64,000 nucleotides of DNA from Pseudomonadota bacterium (GTDB lineage Bacteria > Pseudomonadota > Gammaproteobacteria > Burkholderiales > REEB80): assembly GCA_018971485.1 (NCBI GenBank), contig JAGXAQ010000001.1, forward strand, positions 67,371 to 131,370. The letters run 5' to 3'. Numbering within the stretch: the stretch's first letter is position 1; every line of letters begins with the position of its first letter. Shown here in pieces: positions 1 to 8,222 of the stretch. The notes beneath the pieces were generated by a model. It did no database searches. It saw only the letters and a list, made by a program, of their open reading frames with translations, and was not told the origin of the DNA. The translations under genes were made by a program, and so were the position numbers.

Positions 1-1141
1 TAGATAAAACATGCACTGTGCCTTGGGTCTGCAAAAAGGAAATCAGTGCAGACAGATTTCCTGTCTGCAGAGCCACACCAAACATGCCTCCAATAGCATT
101 TGATCCTGAGCTCAAGGTCTGGCCCGGCAAAGAAGACAGGCTGGTTGTTGGATCCGACAGCCCACCGGTGAGACTTTTTCCCTGAAGAACTGAGCCTTGA
201 TCCAGCTCGCCAATACTATAACGGCGCTGGCCATTTGCCCCACCAAGCGCAGCCCAGTTAATACCAGCCTGAAACTGTTTATTCAGATCCACTTCGATAA
301 TCTTGGCATCCAGAATCACCTGCCTATCAACCGAGAGTTGTGTCGCTTTCAAAAAGGCCGCAATATTATCCAGCTGCTTTGGCATTGCACGGGCCACAAT
401 AACGCCTGACTGAGGGTTGATAACGACAGAACGCCCCCCTCCTGTACCCACAATTGTCTTCAGAGAAGCTGTAAGCTCTCCCCAGAAGTTACTGTTAACT
501 GTCGTTTCAACACTGCTACTTTCAGTGTCTTGCGCAGTACTTGAGCTATTTGTTGGATTATAGGGCATATTAGCATTAGGCTGCCCATAGTTTGAGTTCA
601 TTGTACCTGGCTGAATCTCACTGGAGCTTACTCTCGTCAGTGATAATCCCTTGCGATCTCCTGGAATATAATTCACATGGAAAACACGCGTTTGCATCGT
701 AGGTGGCTCAATAAAGATCTGATTTCCATCCACCCTATAATCATAGCCATACAGATTACTGATGGCATCTAGCGCCTGAAACAGGGTAACATCCTTTAGG
801 TTCACTGTAATATGCCCCTTTACGTCAGGATGTACCAACATGCTGTACTGGGTGCCGGAAACAATGCCCATAAACACTTCTGCCGCAGGGGCATCATGCA
901 CATTCAGATCGAATCGAGGGTTCAGCGGTTTGGCTGAAGGCAAGGGCATCTGTATGTTAAGGGGAGGCAAGAGGGCCTGGCTAACTTCCTTGGGAACCGC
1001 GGCAGATTCTGGCTTGCTGTGTTTTTTAACGGTCAGGGCCTTCTGAATGGCAGCACTGGCACTCTGATCAGGCTTGACTACTTGTAACCCACAAGCAGAA
1101 AGCAACAGAAGTAGCCCTACACCCCCAAACAATTTAATCAT
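1..1141 (-). CDS. mshL: MSHA-type pilus secretin MshL (GspD/PilQ secretin family); N-terminal ~380 codons only, because the gene runs off the left edge
   Basis: Absent from the ORF track because no stop lies in the window. My reverse-complement translation from ATG 1141..1139 stays open to base 1. It reads MIKLFGGVGLLLLLSACGLQVVKPDQ (lipobox LSAC) ... FDLNVHDAPAAEVFMGIVSGTQYSMLVHPDVKGHITVNLKDVTLFQALDAISNLYGYDY ... GNLSALISFLQTQGTVHVLS, which is typical of MshL secretins. It sits at the end of the msh-like cluster. Confidence 0.85.
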   Translation of the reverse strand, partial: MIKLFGGVGLLLLLSACGLQVVKPDQSASAAIQKALTVKKHSKPESAAVPKEVSQALLPPLNIQMPLPSAKPLNPRFDLNVHDAPAAEVFMGIVSGTQYSMLVHPDVKGHITVNLKDVTLFQALDAISNLYGYDYRVDGNQIFIEPPTMQTRVFHVNYIPGDRKGLSLTRVSSSEIQPGTMNSNYGQPNANMPYNPTNSSSTAQDTESSSVETTVNSNFWGELTASLKTIVGTGGGRSVVINPQSGVIVARAMPKQLDNIAAFLKATQLSVDRQVILDAKIIEVDLNKQFQAGINWAALGGANGQRRYSIGELDQGSVLQGKSLTGGLSDPTTSLSSLPGQTLSSGSNAIGGMFGVALQTGNLSALISFLQTQGTVHVLS

Positions 1142-1148
1142 TTTTTTC

Positions 1149-1559
1149 TCACTTGGCTTTTGAACCCAAGAGTGTTTTTTCTTGACGCTTCAATCCGGAT
1201 AATTTTGGATAAAGACTTAACTTATGCCGTTCCCCGTTTCGAAGAACCACCACTGATCCTTCTCCTACATGAACAAGTCTCCACTCGCCATCATATCCAC
1301 CCAGCTGAACCATTTGACCATCAAGCATTGCTCCTAGATAATCCGGGGCCCGCTTGATGCTTTGCAGTCTTGGCAAGCTATTTTCTCCAGCCTGCATTCC
1401 TCCATACGCAGAAAAAGGCGGCTGTGTCGGATCCTGCATCCCTGATGCCCATGTATTTCCTGACATCATACAACAAAGCAGGCAACATAAAACCAACTGC
1501 CTTGCAAAACAAGCCAATCTTTTGGCCAGCTTCAAGGGCTGGATGGAATACTCAGCCAT
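1149..1559 (-). CDS. MshK-like small pilus biogenesis protein with a signal sequence
   Basis: 136-aa ORF immediately upstream of the secretin gene. It has a hydrophobic Cys-rich signal segment LVLCCLLCCMMSGNTWASG. Its position matches mshK. The start is uncertain: ATG 1559 overlaps the upstream gene by 28 nt, while TTG 1535 gives a TTGA stop/start overlap. Confidence 0.5.
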   Translation of the reverse strand: MAEYSIQPLKLAKRLACFARQLVLCCLLCCMMSGNTWASGMQDPTQPPFSAYGGMQAGENSLPRLQSIKRAPDYLGAMLDGQMVQLGGYDGEWRLVHVGEGSVVVLRNGERHKLSLYPKLSGLKRQEKTLLGSKAK

Positions 1560-2185
1560 GCTTGCTCCAATCCCAAGGTGTCCAGTGTAATCGTCATCTT
1601 CTCATTTGGCCAATCCTTCACATCAAGCTTTAGATCAGACCAATACATCTGCCAGGGCAGTTGCTCAATCCGTTGTGCATAATCAAGCAAATCAAAATAG
1701 TTCCCTTCCACTGTGACTTTCACTGCATGCTGATAAATGGGATCACCTGCAAGGACAGGAGTTGGCCCCGTATCCAATACAATGGTTGGAATCGTTTTCA
1801 GGCCCACGAGTCGCACACCGGGAACAGATTTCACCAGTCCCTCAAGCAAGGCAGGCATCTTAGAAGCTGAAACAAGATCCTGGCGGGCTGCCTTAAGTCG
1901 CGTTTGCATTTCCTGAATCCGCTTTTTAAGGTCATTGAGCTGCTTTTCTTCTATGGTTTGCATATCTGGTTTCTCAGACAGCGCAGACAAATGGGAATTA
2001 ATCAGAACAATCTGCCGGTTCAAGCCAATCAACCGGGTTCTGGTTGCTACAAGATGTTCGCTAACCGGGGCAACAAAAAGATATATAATGAATATTAAAC
2101 AAAGCACCCAACCCAGAAGAATAAAATACTGCGATCGACGGGGCAACAACACCATCTTTTCATGAAAATCAACCCATGTCTGCAC
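1532..2185 (-). CDS. MshJ / PilO-like pilus assembly protein
   Basis: 217 aa with one N-terminal TM helix (YFILLGWVLCLIFIIYLFVAPV), then a coiled-coil segment and a C-terminal globular part, as in PilO/MshJ. GTG start overlaps the upstream TAG by 1 nt. Confidence 0.6.
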   Translation of the reverse strand: MQTWVDFHEKMVLLPRRSQYFILLGWVLCLIFIIYLFVAPVSEHLVATRTRLIGLNRQIVLINSHLSALSEKPDMQTIEEKQLNDLKKRIQEMQTRLKAARQDLVSASKMPALLEGLVKSVPGVRLVGLKTIPTIVLDTGPTPVLAGDPIYQHAVKVTVEGNYFDLLDYAQRIEQLPWQMYWSDLKLDVKDWPNEKMTITLDTLGLEQAWLSIPSSP

Positions 2186-2784
2186 TATTTTGCCCCCTTC
2201 AAAGTAGAGTGCAGCCTGAATTCAACCACTGGCTTATGATGATAAGTATCTGCACTCACTTCTAGCGTGGAGAACTTCTTCCCCTGCAGAGCCTTTTCGG
2301 ATTTGAGTGAATCAATATATTCAGGAACAAGCCTGGCATTTAAGGCATATCCTTCCAGATCCAAACCATTATTCTCGGCCTCAATATCAATCCTGGTCAG
2401 CCAAACACCAGGCAAGCTTCTATTAGCAATGGCCAACAGATAACGCGAGTACCCTCGCCTATCACCTAACCGGGCATCATGAATAATGGCATCCAGCCGC
2501 TTTTGCCTGCTTAATTGCAAACGCGCCTCAGCCAGCTCCTTCTTTATAGCTTTTTCCGGACTAAGGGCTTGTTCCCTCATGGCCAACAGGTTTTGTTTTT
2601 CAAGTAATTGCCGCCTCTCGATTTTTAACCGGGCATCAAGATGATGCTGCTGAAGAGCAAGATAAACAAAACCAATGACTCCCAAGACGACAATCAGTAC
2701 CGTAATCCATCCGACACGTCCAAGTGTCAATAACGGCGGGGGGGGAAGCAACTGGGAATTATACAGATTAACGGACTGGCTCAT
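2185..2784 (-). CDS. PilN-like fimbrial assembly protein (C-terminal MshI-like module)
   Basis: 199 aa with a single TM (WITVLIVVLGVIGFVYLAL) followed by a coiled coil. ATGA overlap with the upstream pilM-like gene. Gene order is pilM-pilN-pilO-like. Confidence 0.55.
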   Translation of the reverse strand: MSQSVNLYNSQLLPPPPLLTLGRVGWITVLIVVLGVIGFVYLALQQHHLDARLKIERRQLLEKQNLLAMREQALSPEKAIKKELAEARLQLSRQKRLDAIIHDARLGDRRGYSRYLLAIANRSLPGVWLTRIDIEAENNGLDLEGYALNARLVPEYIDSLKSEKALQGKKFSTLEVSADTYHHKPVVEFRLHSTLKGAK

Positions 2785-3662
2785 GATCGCTCCTTCAACA
2801 GCATCCCATAGAGCAGCCAGGCTTCCGCAAGCAAGTCACAAGACACCTCCTGTGACAAGAAAGACGGGCATTTCAAACTATCCAGCGGTAATCCAAGAGC
2901 GCGCCCTAAATCTTCCTTCAGAGAAATATCAGGGGGCTCAAGCAGAACGAGCCTTGACACCGGCCATTCATGAAACTGTCGCTCCACGTGATCCATGGAA
3001 CGCTGCACTTCAAGTACCAAGCGCTCTTTCGATACTGATTCCAGCTTAGACAAAATGATATCAAGATGTCGAACATGAAAAACAAGTCCCCTTGAAATAA
3101 AAACAAGGTATCCCGCTGCTTCGTCAAATGCCAGGACTACAACATTTCCATCCTGGGCCGGGATAAGCTCATTAATAGCCATTTCCGGGATATCAACTGC
3201 TTTCAGGTTAACACCTGCCTTAAGACAGGATTTCATATAATAAGCAACTATCGTGTTGCGGGCGCATACCGCATAAACCTGTCGAGTCCGTTGCCCTGAA
3301 AGAGGGAGCCGGATCACATCGACTGTCGCCTCAGCTGGCGGATAATCAACCATATCCTTTATCTTCCAACGAACCGCCTGCGCCATTTCAGACTCCGGCA
3401 CATCAGGTGCATCCATCAAAAGAAGCTGATACTCTGAAAACCGCAACATAACCGTCGTATCAAAATTACGTAAACCCAGATCCTTCCAGATACCTGCTAA
3501 AACCTCTTCTTCTTGCCCACTTTCCACCACCTCGTGCCTAAAAACTGGAGCCCCTGTTTCTGAAAGAGCAACAAGAGTCATGCTGCCATCTCCGATACGA
3601 AGAGCAGCCTTACCTTTTCCCGATTTCTTATCCCGTAACCAGGCCAGCCCGAATGGCTTCAT
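2781..3662 (-). CDS. MshI / PilM-like cytoplasmic pilus assembly protein
   Basis: 293-aa soluble protein directly preceding the PilN/PilO-like genes. The assignment rests on position and size only; I did not align any motifs. Confidence 0.5.
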   Translation of the reverse strand: MKPFGLAWLRDKKSGKGKAALRIGDGSMTLVALSETGAPVFRHEVVESGQEEEVLAGIWKDLGLRNFDTTVMLRFSEYQLLLMDAPDVPESEMAQAVRWKIKDMVDYPPAEATVDVIRLPLSGQRTRQVYAVCARNTIVAYYMKSCLKAGVNLKAVDIPEMAINELIPAQDGNVVVLAFDEAAGYLVFISRGLVFHVRHLDIILSKLESVSKERLVLEVQRSMDHVERQFHEWPVSRLVLLEPPDISLKEDLGRALGLPLDSLKCPSFLSQEVSCDLLAEAWLLYGMLLKERS

Positions 3663-3719
3663 AAATCCCCTTTTTTAACATCACCCGAAAATCCTTTACC
3701 TTTAAATTATCTGCCCATT

Positions 3720-4121
3720 CTACAAGATAACAGTGGCTTTGACTTCACGCTGAACATAATCCTGCTGACCTGATATCCCATAGCTGGCCGTAGCAGTCAG
3801 AGTTGCAAATGAAAGTGTCTGTCCATTTTCCTGGGCCTGCGTCTCCTGGCAGGTTAATACCACTGAAAACCCACTCATTTCCTGATCAAGATGAATGGAT
3901 TGGCTGGCTGTACACAAATTTCTACGAAGAGCTTGATACAATCCCCACTCCATACCAGCACGAGCTGCCTGGTAAGCTCGCTCAGCCTGAATTGCCTCAC
4001 TGTTTTCATTCGCCTCAATAGGAATAACAAGCGCAAGATAAGCCCCCAATGCAGCCAGAATAATCAAAATAAACACTGCCAGAGCCAACCCGAATCCTGA
4101 CTGATTATATTTACGGCTCAT
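3720..4121 (-). CDS. Pilin-like minor component (MshP position) lacking the conserved Glu+5
   Basis: The ORF track gives 3720..4160. The likely start is Met14 (MSRKYNQSG|FGLALAVFILIILAALGAYL). It has a prepilin-like hydrophobic N-terminus but no Glu at +5. Confidence 0.45.
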   Translation of the reverse strand: MSRKYNQSGFGLALAVFILIILAALGAYLALVIPIEANENSEAIQAERAYQAARAGMEWGLYQALRRNLCTASQSIHLDQEMSGFSVVLTCQETQAQENGQTLSFATLTATASYGISGQQDYVQREVKATVIL

Positions 4122-4947
4122 TATTGATACTCGCCTGAGAATACAGCGTTGCTGACGCACTCCCCTCAGCCAGGGTCAAACTCATTGATACCAGCCCTTC
4201 CCGTTGAATCGCACCAGGTGTATAAATCATCGAACAATCAGATACATCCGATACCAGCAGGCTGGATGTACCCTGGGTAAAGTCAGTCGGCTGACTCAAA
4301 CTCAATGGGTAACCGCTATACCGGGTAATTGTTCCGGAGGCAGGATCAGCAGCATCTGGACTGCAGACATAAGACACAGGGGTATCCACAATCATGAAAC
4401 GATGATTGGATGGATCAATTGGAAAGGGTTCACTTCCGGCCACATAACTAATAGTTGAAAGCGCTGCACCACTTGTGGTGACTTGTCGAACATCATCGCC
4501 TGCATAGGCATTATCGCCAGGTATCCCAAGATTATAAATGGCAACATAGGCATTTGCAGGAACCAAAACAGGAGGACTTAAAACATCAAAACTGCCGGCA
4601 CCACTTGAAGTAAAATCAAGGCTATTGCCAGGTGCGCCCACTCTGTACTGTCCAGCTGATACTGTATGCAAGAATTCAAGATAAATTTTTCCACCTGCCT
4701 GAGTCACCCTGACACTATTTGGCAGAGCTTCCCGTAACTCACGACGCATAAACTGTGTTGCTGTTAAGGCAGCGCCCGTCAATCGGGCATTCGTTGTCGC
4801 ATCCAGATAAGCTTCTACTGGCTGCCGAACATTCATGGCTGTGACAGCAACCAGAATGGCAACAATTACCATAACAATTACTAATTCAACCAGAGTAAAA
4901 CCTTTCTCTGGCAAACTAGGGGGGAGTTGTAGGTGCATATCGGGCAC
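4111..4947 (-). CDS. Prepilin-type N-terminal cleavage/methylation domain protein (MshO-like minor pilin)
   Basis: 278 aa with N-terminus ...LPEKG|FTLVELVIVMVIVAILVAV, the canonical type IV prepilin motif. Confidence 0.6.
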   Translation of the reverse strand: MPDMHLQLPPSLPEKGFTLVELVIVMVIVAILVAVTAMNVRQPVEAYLDATTNARLTGAALTATQFMRRELREALPNSVRVTQAGGKIYLEFLHTVSAGQYRVGAPGNSLDFTSSGAGSFDVLSPPVLVPANAYVAIYNLGIPGDNAYAGDDVRQVTTSGAALSTISYVAGSEPFPIDPSNHRFMIVDTPVSYVCSPDAADPASGTITRYSGYPLSLSQPTDFTQGTSSLLVSDVSDCSMIYTPGAIQREGLVSMSLTLAEGSASATLYSQASINNEP

Positions 4948-5491
4948 GATACCCTGTTAATGAAACTGTCTGGCCATCTGGCCCCGTCACGCTGACCAAT
5001 ATCTTTAACAATGCTGCCAAGGGCAGGGGATCAATCGCATCCAGACTCTCTTTCCCGCCTACCTGGGTCACGGTTATGGATGCCTTGTACCCCTGAGCAA
5101 TTACACTCCCATTAAGATCTGTAACCGGATCCAGAGTTAGCCCGTTATATTCACTCACATTATCAAGAGGTAATGCAGCTGACCCACGACTCTCGCCATG
5201 CTTTGGTCCTAACGGAAGCGCATCTTCAGACGGTGTTGAACAAGAAGCAGCACTAGTAGCTGTAGTAACCCTGGGATCAGTTGGATCACAATAAGTAAAT
5301 GGCTGCTGTTCTACTTCATCAAGCAAGGATTCAGCAATGGAGAAATCTTGCGCCTGAATCAGCGGATTTGCACTTTGCTGCACATTCAAATCAATGACAC
5401 CAATTAAACCCACCACAGCAACAGACAAAATAACTATAACAAAGACCAATTCGATAAAAGTCATCCCACGGCAATCAGGAGCCATGGACAT
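4916..5491 (-). CDS. Prepilin-type minor pilin (MshD-like)
   Basis: The ORF track gives 4916..5536. An internal Met16 start (MSMAPDCRG|MTFIELVFVIVILSV) yields a normal short leader peptide, with GAGGGGGA about 10 nt upstream. Confidence 0.55.
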   Translation of the reverse strand: MSMAPDCRGMTFIELVFVIVILSVAVVGLIGVIDLNVQQSANPLIQAQDFSIAESLLDEVEQQPFTYCDPTDPRVTTATSAASCSTPSEDALPLGPKHGESRGSAALPLDNVSEYNGLTLDPVTDLNGSVIAQGYKASITVTQVGGKESLDAIDPLPLAALLKILVSVTGPDGQTVSLTGYRARYAPTTPP

Positions 5492-5996
5492 ATCCTGTAT
5501 CCCCCTCAATAGACAAGACATGCTGAACTTGTCCACCGGCTATCGTCAAAGTCACTCCATTGGGCGGAGACAAAGCCCCAGCAGGGGTAAATTCGACTGT
5601 CATTACAGGAGACAAACTGATTCCAGCAGGCGCTTTTTCACACAGCCAGCTGGCATTTGTGCAGCCTGAAACCATATCAATGCCCGTTGGTGGAGCCATA
5701 GGGTTATTACAGGAAGCATCCCAACACAGGCCAACCTGGCCAGACCTAAACTGGAGATAAACATTGCTACGCTGGGCAATAGCAACAGTCCTGGCATAAT
5801 TTGCAAACGTTTCGGCAGTGTTAAAAAATTCGAGCGAATCAAACGAACTTGTACTCGCAAAACGAGTTATTGCCACCGCCGAAAGAATACCGATTATCAA
5901 CATCACAAACACCATCTCCACCAATGTGAACCCTTCATGGTGCCGTCGCCCGTCCAAGGACCTTAAAAAGGTTATCCCAGACCAACTGGTTGCCAT
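5475..5996 (-). CDS. Prepilin-type minor pilin (MshC-like)
   Basis: 173 aa with the motif ...RRHHEG|FTLVEMVFVMLIIGILSAVAI. Confidence 0.55.
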   Translation of the reverse strand: MATSWSGITFLRSLDGRRHHEGFTLVEMVFVMLIIGILSAVAITRFASTSSFDSLEFFNTAETFANYARTVAIAQRSNVYLQFRSGQVGLCWDASCNNPMAPPTGIDMVSGCTNASWLCEKAPAGISLSPVMTVEFTPAGALSPPNGVTLTIAGGQVQHVLSIEGDTGYVHGS

Positions 5997-5997
5997 A

Positions 5998-6447
5998 TTA
6001 ACAACCTGATGTCGTTTCCGTCCCTACAGTTGCTGGCACACTTGTTCCAGTAGCATCGGTATAAGTGAACTGGCAATTGCTTGCGACCCCAATTACCGTA
6101 TTCCCTGAATTCACTGAAGTGCCGGTATAATCACTCGTACTGATTCCAGCAGCATCCAGTATACCCCCTGTATTAGCTGAAATCGGGTAACCGTAAGCCA
6201 GATTAATTGTCTCACCATCCAGCACAACGGATCCAGAAGATGTAGTAGCAACCGAATTCACAAGGGCCGCAGCATGGCTGATAGACATAGCTGACTTAAC
6301 TGAACCCAACGCAGCGTTAAGCTTTGCAATATCGGCCTGTGTATGAGCATCATAATATCGTGGGATGGCTGTTGCTGCCAGAATTCCTAAGATTACCATC
6401 ACGATAATAAGCTCAATCAGTGTAAAACCTCCCTGTAATTTCTTCAT
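5998..6447 (-). CDS. Type IV major pilin candidate (MshA-like)
   Basis: The ORF track gives 5998..6501. Met19 start gives MKKLQGG|FTLIELIIVMVILGILAATAIPRYY with GGGGA upstream. About 149 aa, Thr/Ser/Gly-rich, with a C-terminal Cys pair (SNCQ...TSGC) like a pilin D-region. Confidence 0.65.
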   Translation of the reverse strand: MKKLQGGFTLIELIIVMVILGILAATAIPRYYDAHTQADIAKLNAALGSVKSAMSISHAAALVNSVATTSSGSVVLDGETINLAYGYPISANTGGILDAAGISTSDYTGTSVNSGNTVIGVASNCQFTYTDATGTSVPATVGTETTSGC

Positions 6448-6497
6448 ATGTTGGTTTTCCCCATACTTTTTTTCAAAATAAACACAGTCAAGCTCAC

Positions 6498-6986
6498 TCA
6501 CATTCCTGAAAGATGCTCTGAAGGAAGCGGTTTAAGCTTAATAAACAGGTCATCATTACCCGAAGCATTATAGTGACTAGCTATCAAAAAACGCACTATT
6601 TTTTTACGATTCAGCAAATTATCAAAAAAACCATGGTATTTATACACATAAATAACCTGATGATCAAATGCATCATAATACCAGCACCCTGGCGTACCAT
6701 CCCCGCGCCAGACTCCCCCGTCAATGCCGGGGGGCAGATGAAGCAGGTTCAAAGGATTCAAACTGTTTTCCCATTTTTTATCTGGGTTTTTACCGGAAGC
6801 AAGCCTGTCAAGGTTTGCCAGGCGTATTGCAGAGGTTAATTCATTCGCAATTTCTTGCACACTATAAAGCTCGGCAACCTTTTGGTAAGATTGAATCCTT
6901 TCAGCAAAGAATCCGATAAAAACCATAATAATAGATAAAACCACCAACAATTCGAACAATGAAAATCCTTGAGGCTGCCGCCTCAT
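6498..6986 (-). CDS. Prepilin-type protein (MshB/MshF position)
   Basis: The ORF track gives 6498..7040. Met19 start (MRRQPQG|FSLFELLVVLSIIMVF) lies 1 nt after the mshG stop (TAGGATG). Confidence 0.5.
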   Translation of the reverse strand: MRRQPQGFSLFELLVVLSIIMVFIGFFAERIQSYQKVAELYSVQEIANELTSAIRLANLDRLASGKNPDKKWENSLNPLNLLHLPPGIDGGVWRGDGTPGCWYYDAFDHQVIYVYKYHGFFDNLLNRKKIVRFLIASHYNASGNDDLFIKLKPLPSEHLSGM

Positions 6987-6987
6987 C

Positions 6988-8211
6988 CTAATGCCCGCCA
7001 AAAGCTGCTCGACTAAGATCCCAAATCGGTAAAAATACACCTAGTGCCACAATCAAAACCAGAACGCCCAGAGCTACAATCAGAATAGGTTCTATCTGGG
7101 CATTGAGTGTTTCCAGATCGTTCTTGACTTCTCTTTCGTAAAGCTCTGCCACCTCCTGCATCAATTCATCAATTGCTCCAGATTCTTCTCCAACTGCTAT
7201 CATCTGCAGCACCATTGGGGTAAATACCTTGCTTGACTTAGCCGTTTGCAAGATACTTTCCCCACGGGCAATAGCATCTCGCATCCATTCAATTTTCAGC
7301 GCTAAGAATTCATTGTCTACCACTTTGGCTATAAGCCCCATTGCCGTTACAACAGGCATCCCACTCTGTATTGACAATGAAAGGCTTCGAGCAAACCGCG
7401 CCAGGCTTGCCCGGTGCACAATTTTCCCTGCAACAGGTATTCGAAGCTTAAACCTGTCCCATTGAAAATGCCCAGAAGGGCTCCGTACCCAGGTTCTTGC
7501 CAGCCAGAACAAAACAATCACAAAGCCAAGCAATACAGGCCAGAACCGAACTGTAAAATGAGAAACAGCAATCAGCACCCGGGTCAGGACAGGAAGCTGC
7601 GCGTGGAAATTCGCATAGATATGGGCAAATGCAGGAATAACAAAAAGATTGACAATAGCCAGCGCAATAATCATGGTTACCAGGACAAAGGCGGGGTATC
7701 TTAATGCTGCCTTGACCTGGCTGCGTGTCCTCATTTCAAAGTCAAGGTAAAAAGCCAGCCGGAGAAAAATGCCCTCCAGCATTCCTGTTGCCTCTCCCAC
7801 CTGAACCATACTAACATACAGCGCTGAAAAGACCTTTGGATACTGTGCTAAAGACTGGCTTAATTCCCGCCCAGAATCAAGGCTCTCCCTGATACCTCTC
7901 ACAACCCTTGAAAGCGCAGGGTTCTCTGCGGTTTCCTCTATCCCGAGAAGAGCTTGCATAATGGGCACACCTGACTTCGACAGGGTATACATTTGACGGC
8001 TGAAAAGCAGAATATCCATTGTTGATACAGGAGGTTCCCGCCGCCTGAAGAATCTCGTTGAGGAAAAAACAGCCCGCCCAGGACGAATATCGACAGGGGT
8101 AATGCCTCCATTTAGCAGTAATTCAGCAACCTGACCCTGATCATTTGCCTCAATCAGCCCGCTGACCAGTTGTCCACCACCATTACGGCCTTTATAGGTG
8201 AAATGGGCCAT
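6988..8211 (-). CDS. mshG: Type II secretion / type IV pilus platform protein, GspF/PilC family (MshG)
   Basis: 407 aa with a duplicated GspF-type architecture and three TM segments. It directly follows the GspE-family ATPase gene. Confidence 0.85.
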   Translation of the reverse strand: MAHFTYKGRNGGGQLVSGLIEANDQGQVAELLLNGGITPVDIRPGRAVFSSTRFFRRREPPVSTMDILLFSRQMYTLSKSGVPIMQALLGIEETAENPALSRVVRGIRESLDSGRELSQSLAQYPKVFSALYVSMVQVGEATGMLEGIFLRLAFYLDFEMRTRSQVKAALRYPAFVLVTMIIALAIVNLFVIPAFAHIYANFHAQLPVLTRVLIAVSHFTVRFWPVLLGFVIVLFWLARTWVRSPSGHFQWDRFKLRIPVAGKIVHRASLARFARSLSLSIQSGMPVVTAMGLIAKVVDNEFLALKIEWMRDAIARGESILQTAKSSKVFTPMVLQMIAVGEESGAIDELMQEVAELYEREVKNDLETLNAQIEPILIVALGVLVLIVALGVFLPIWDLSRAAFGGH

Positions 8212-8222
8212 GGCAATCCCGA

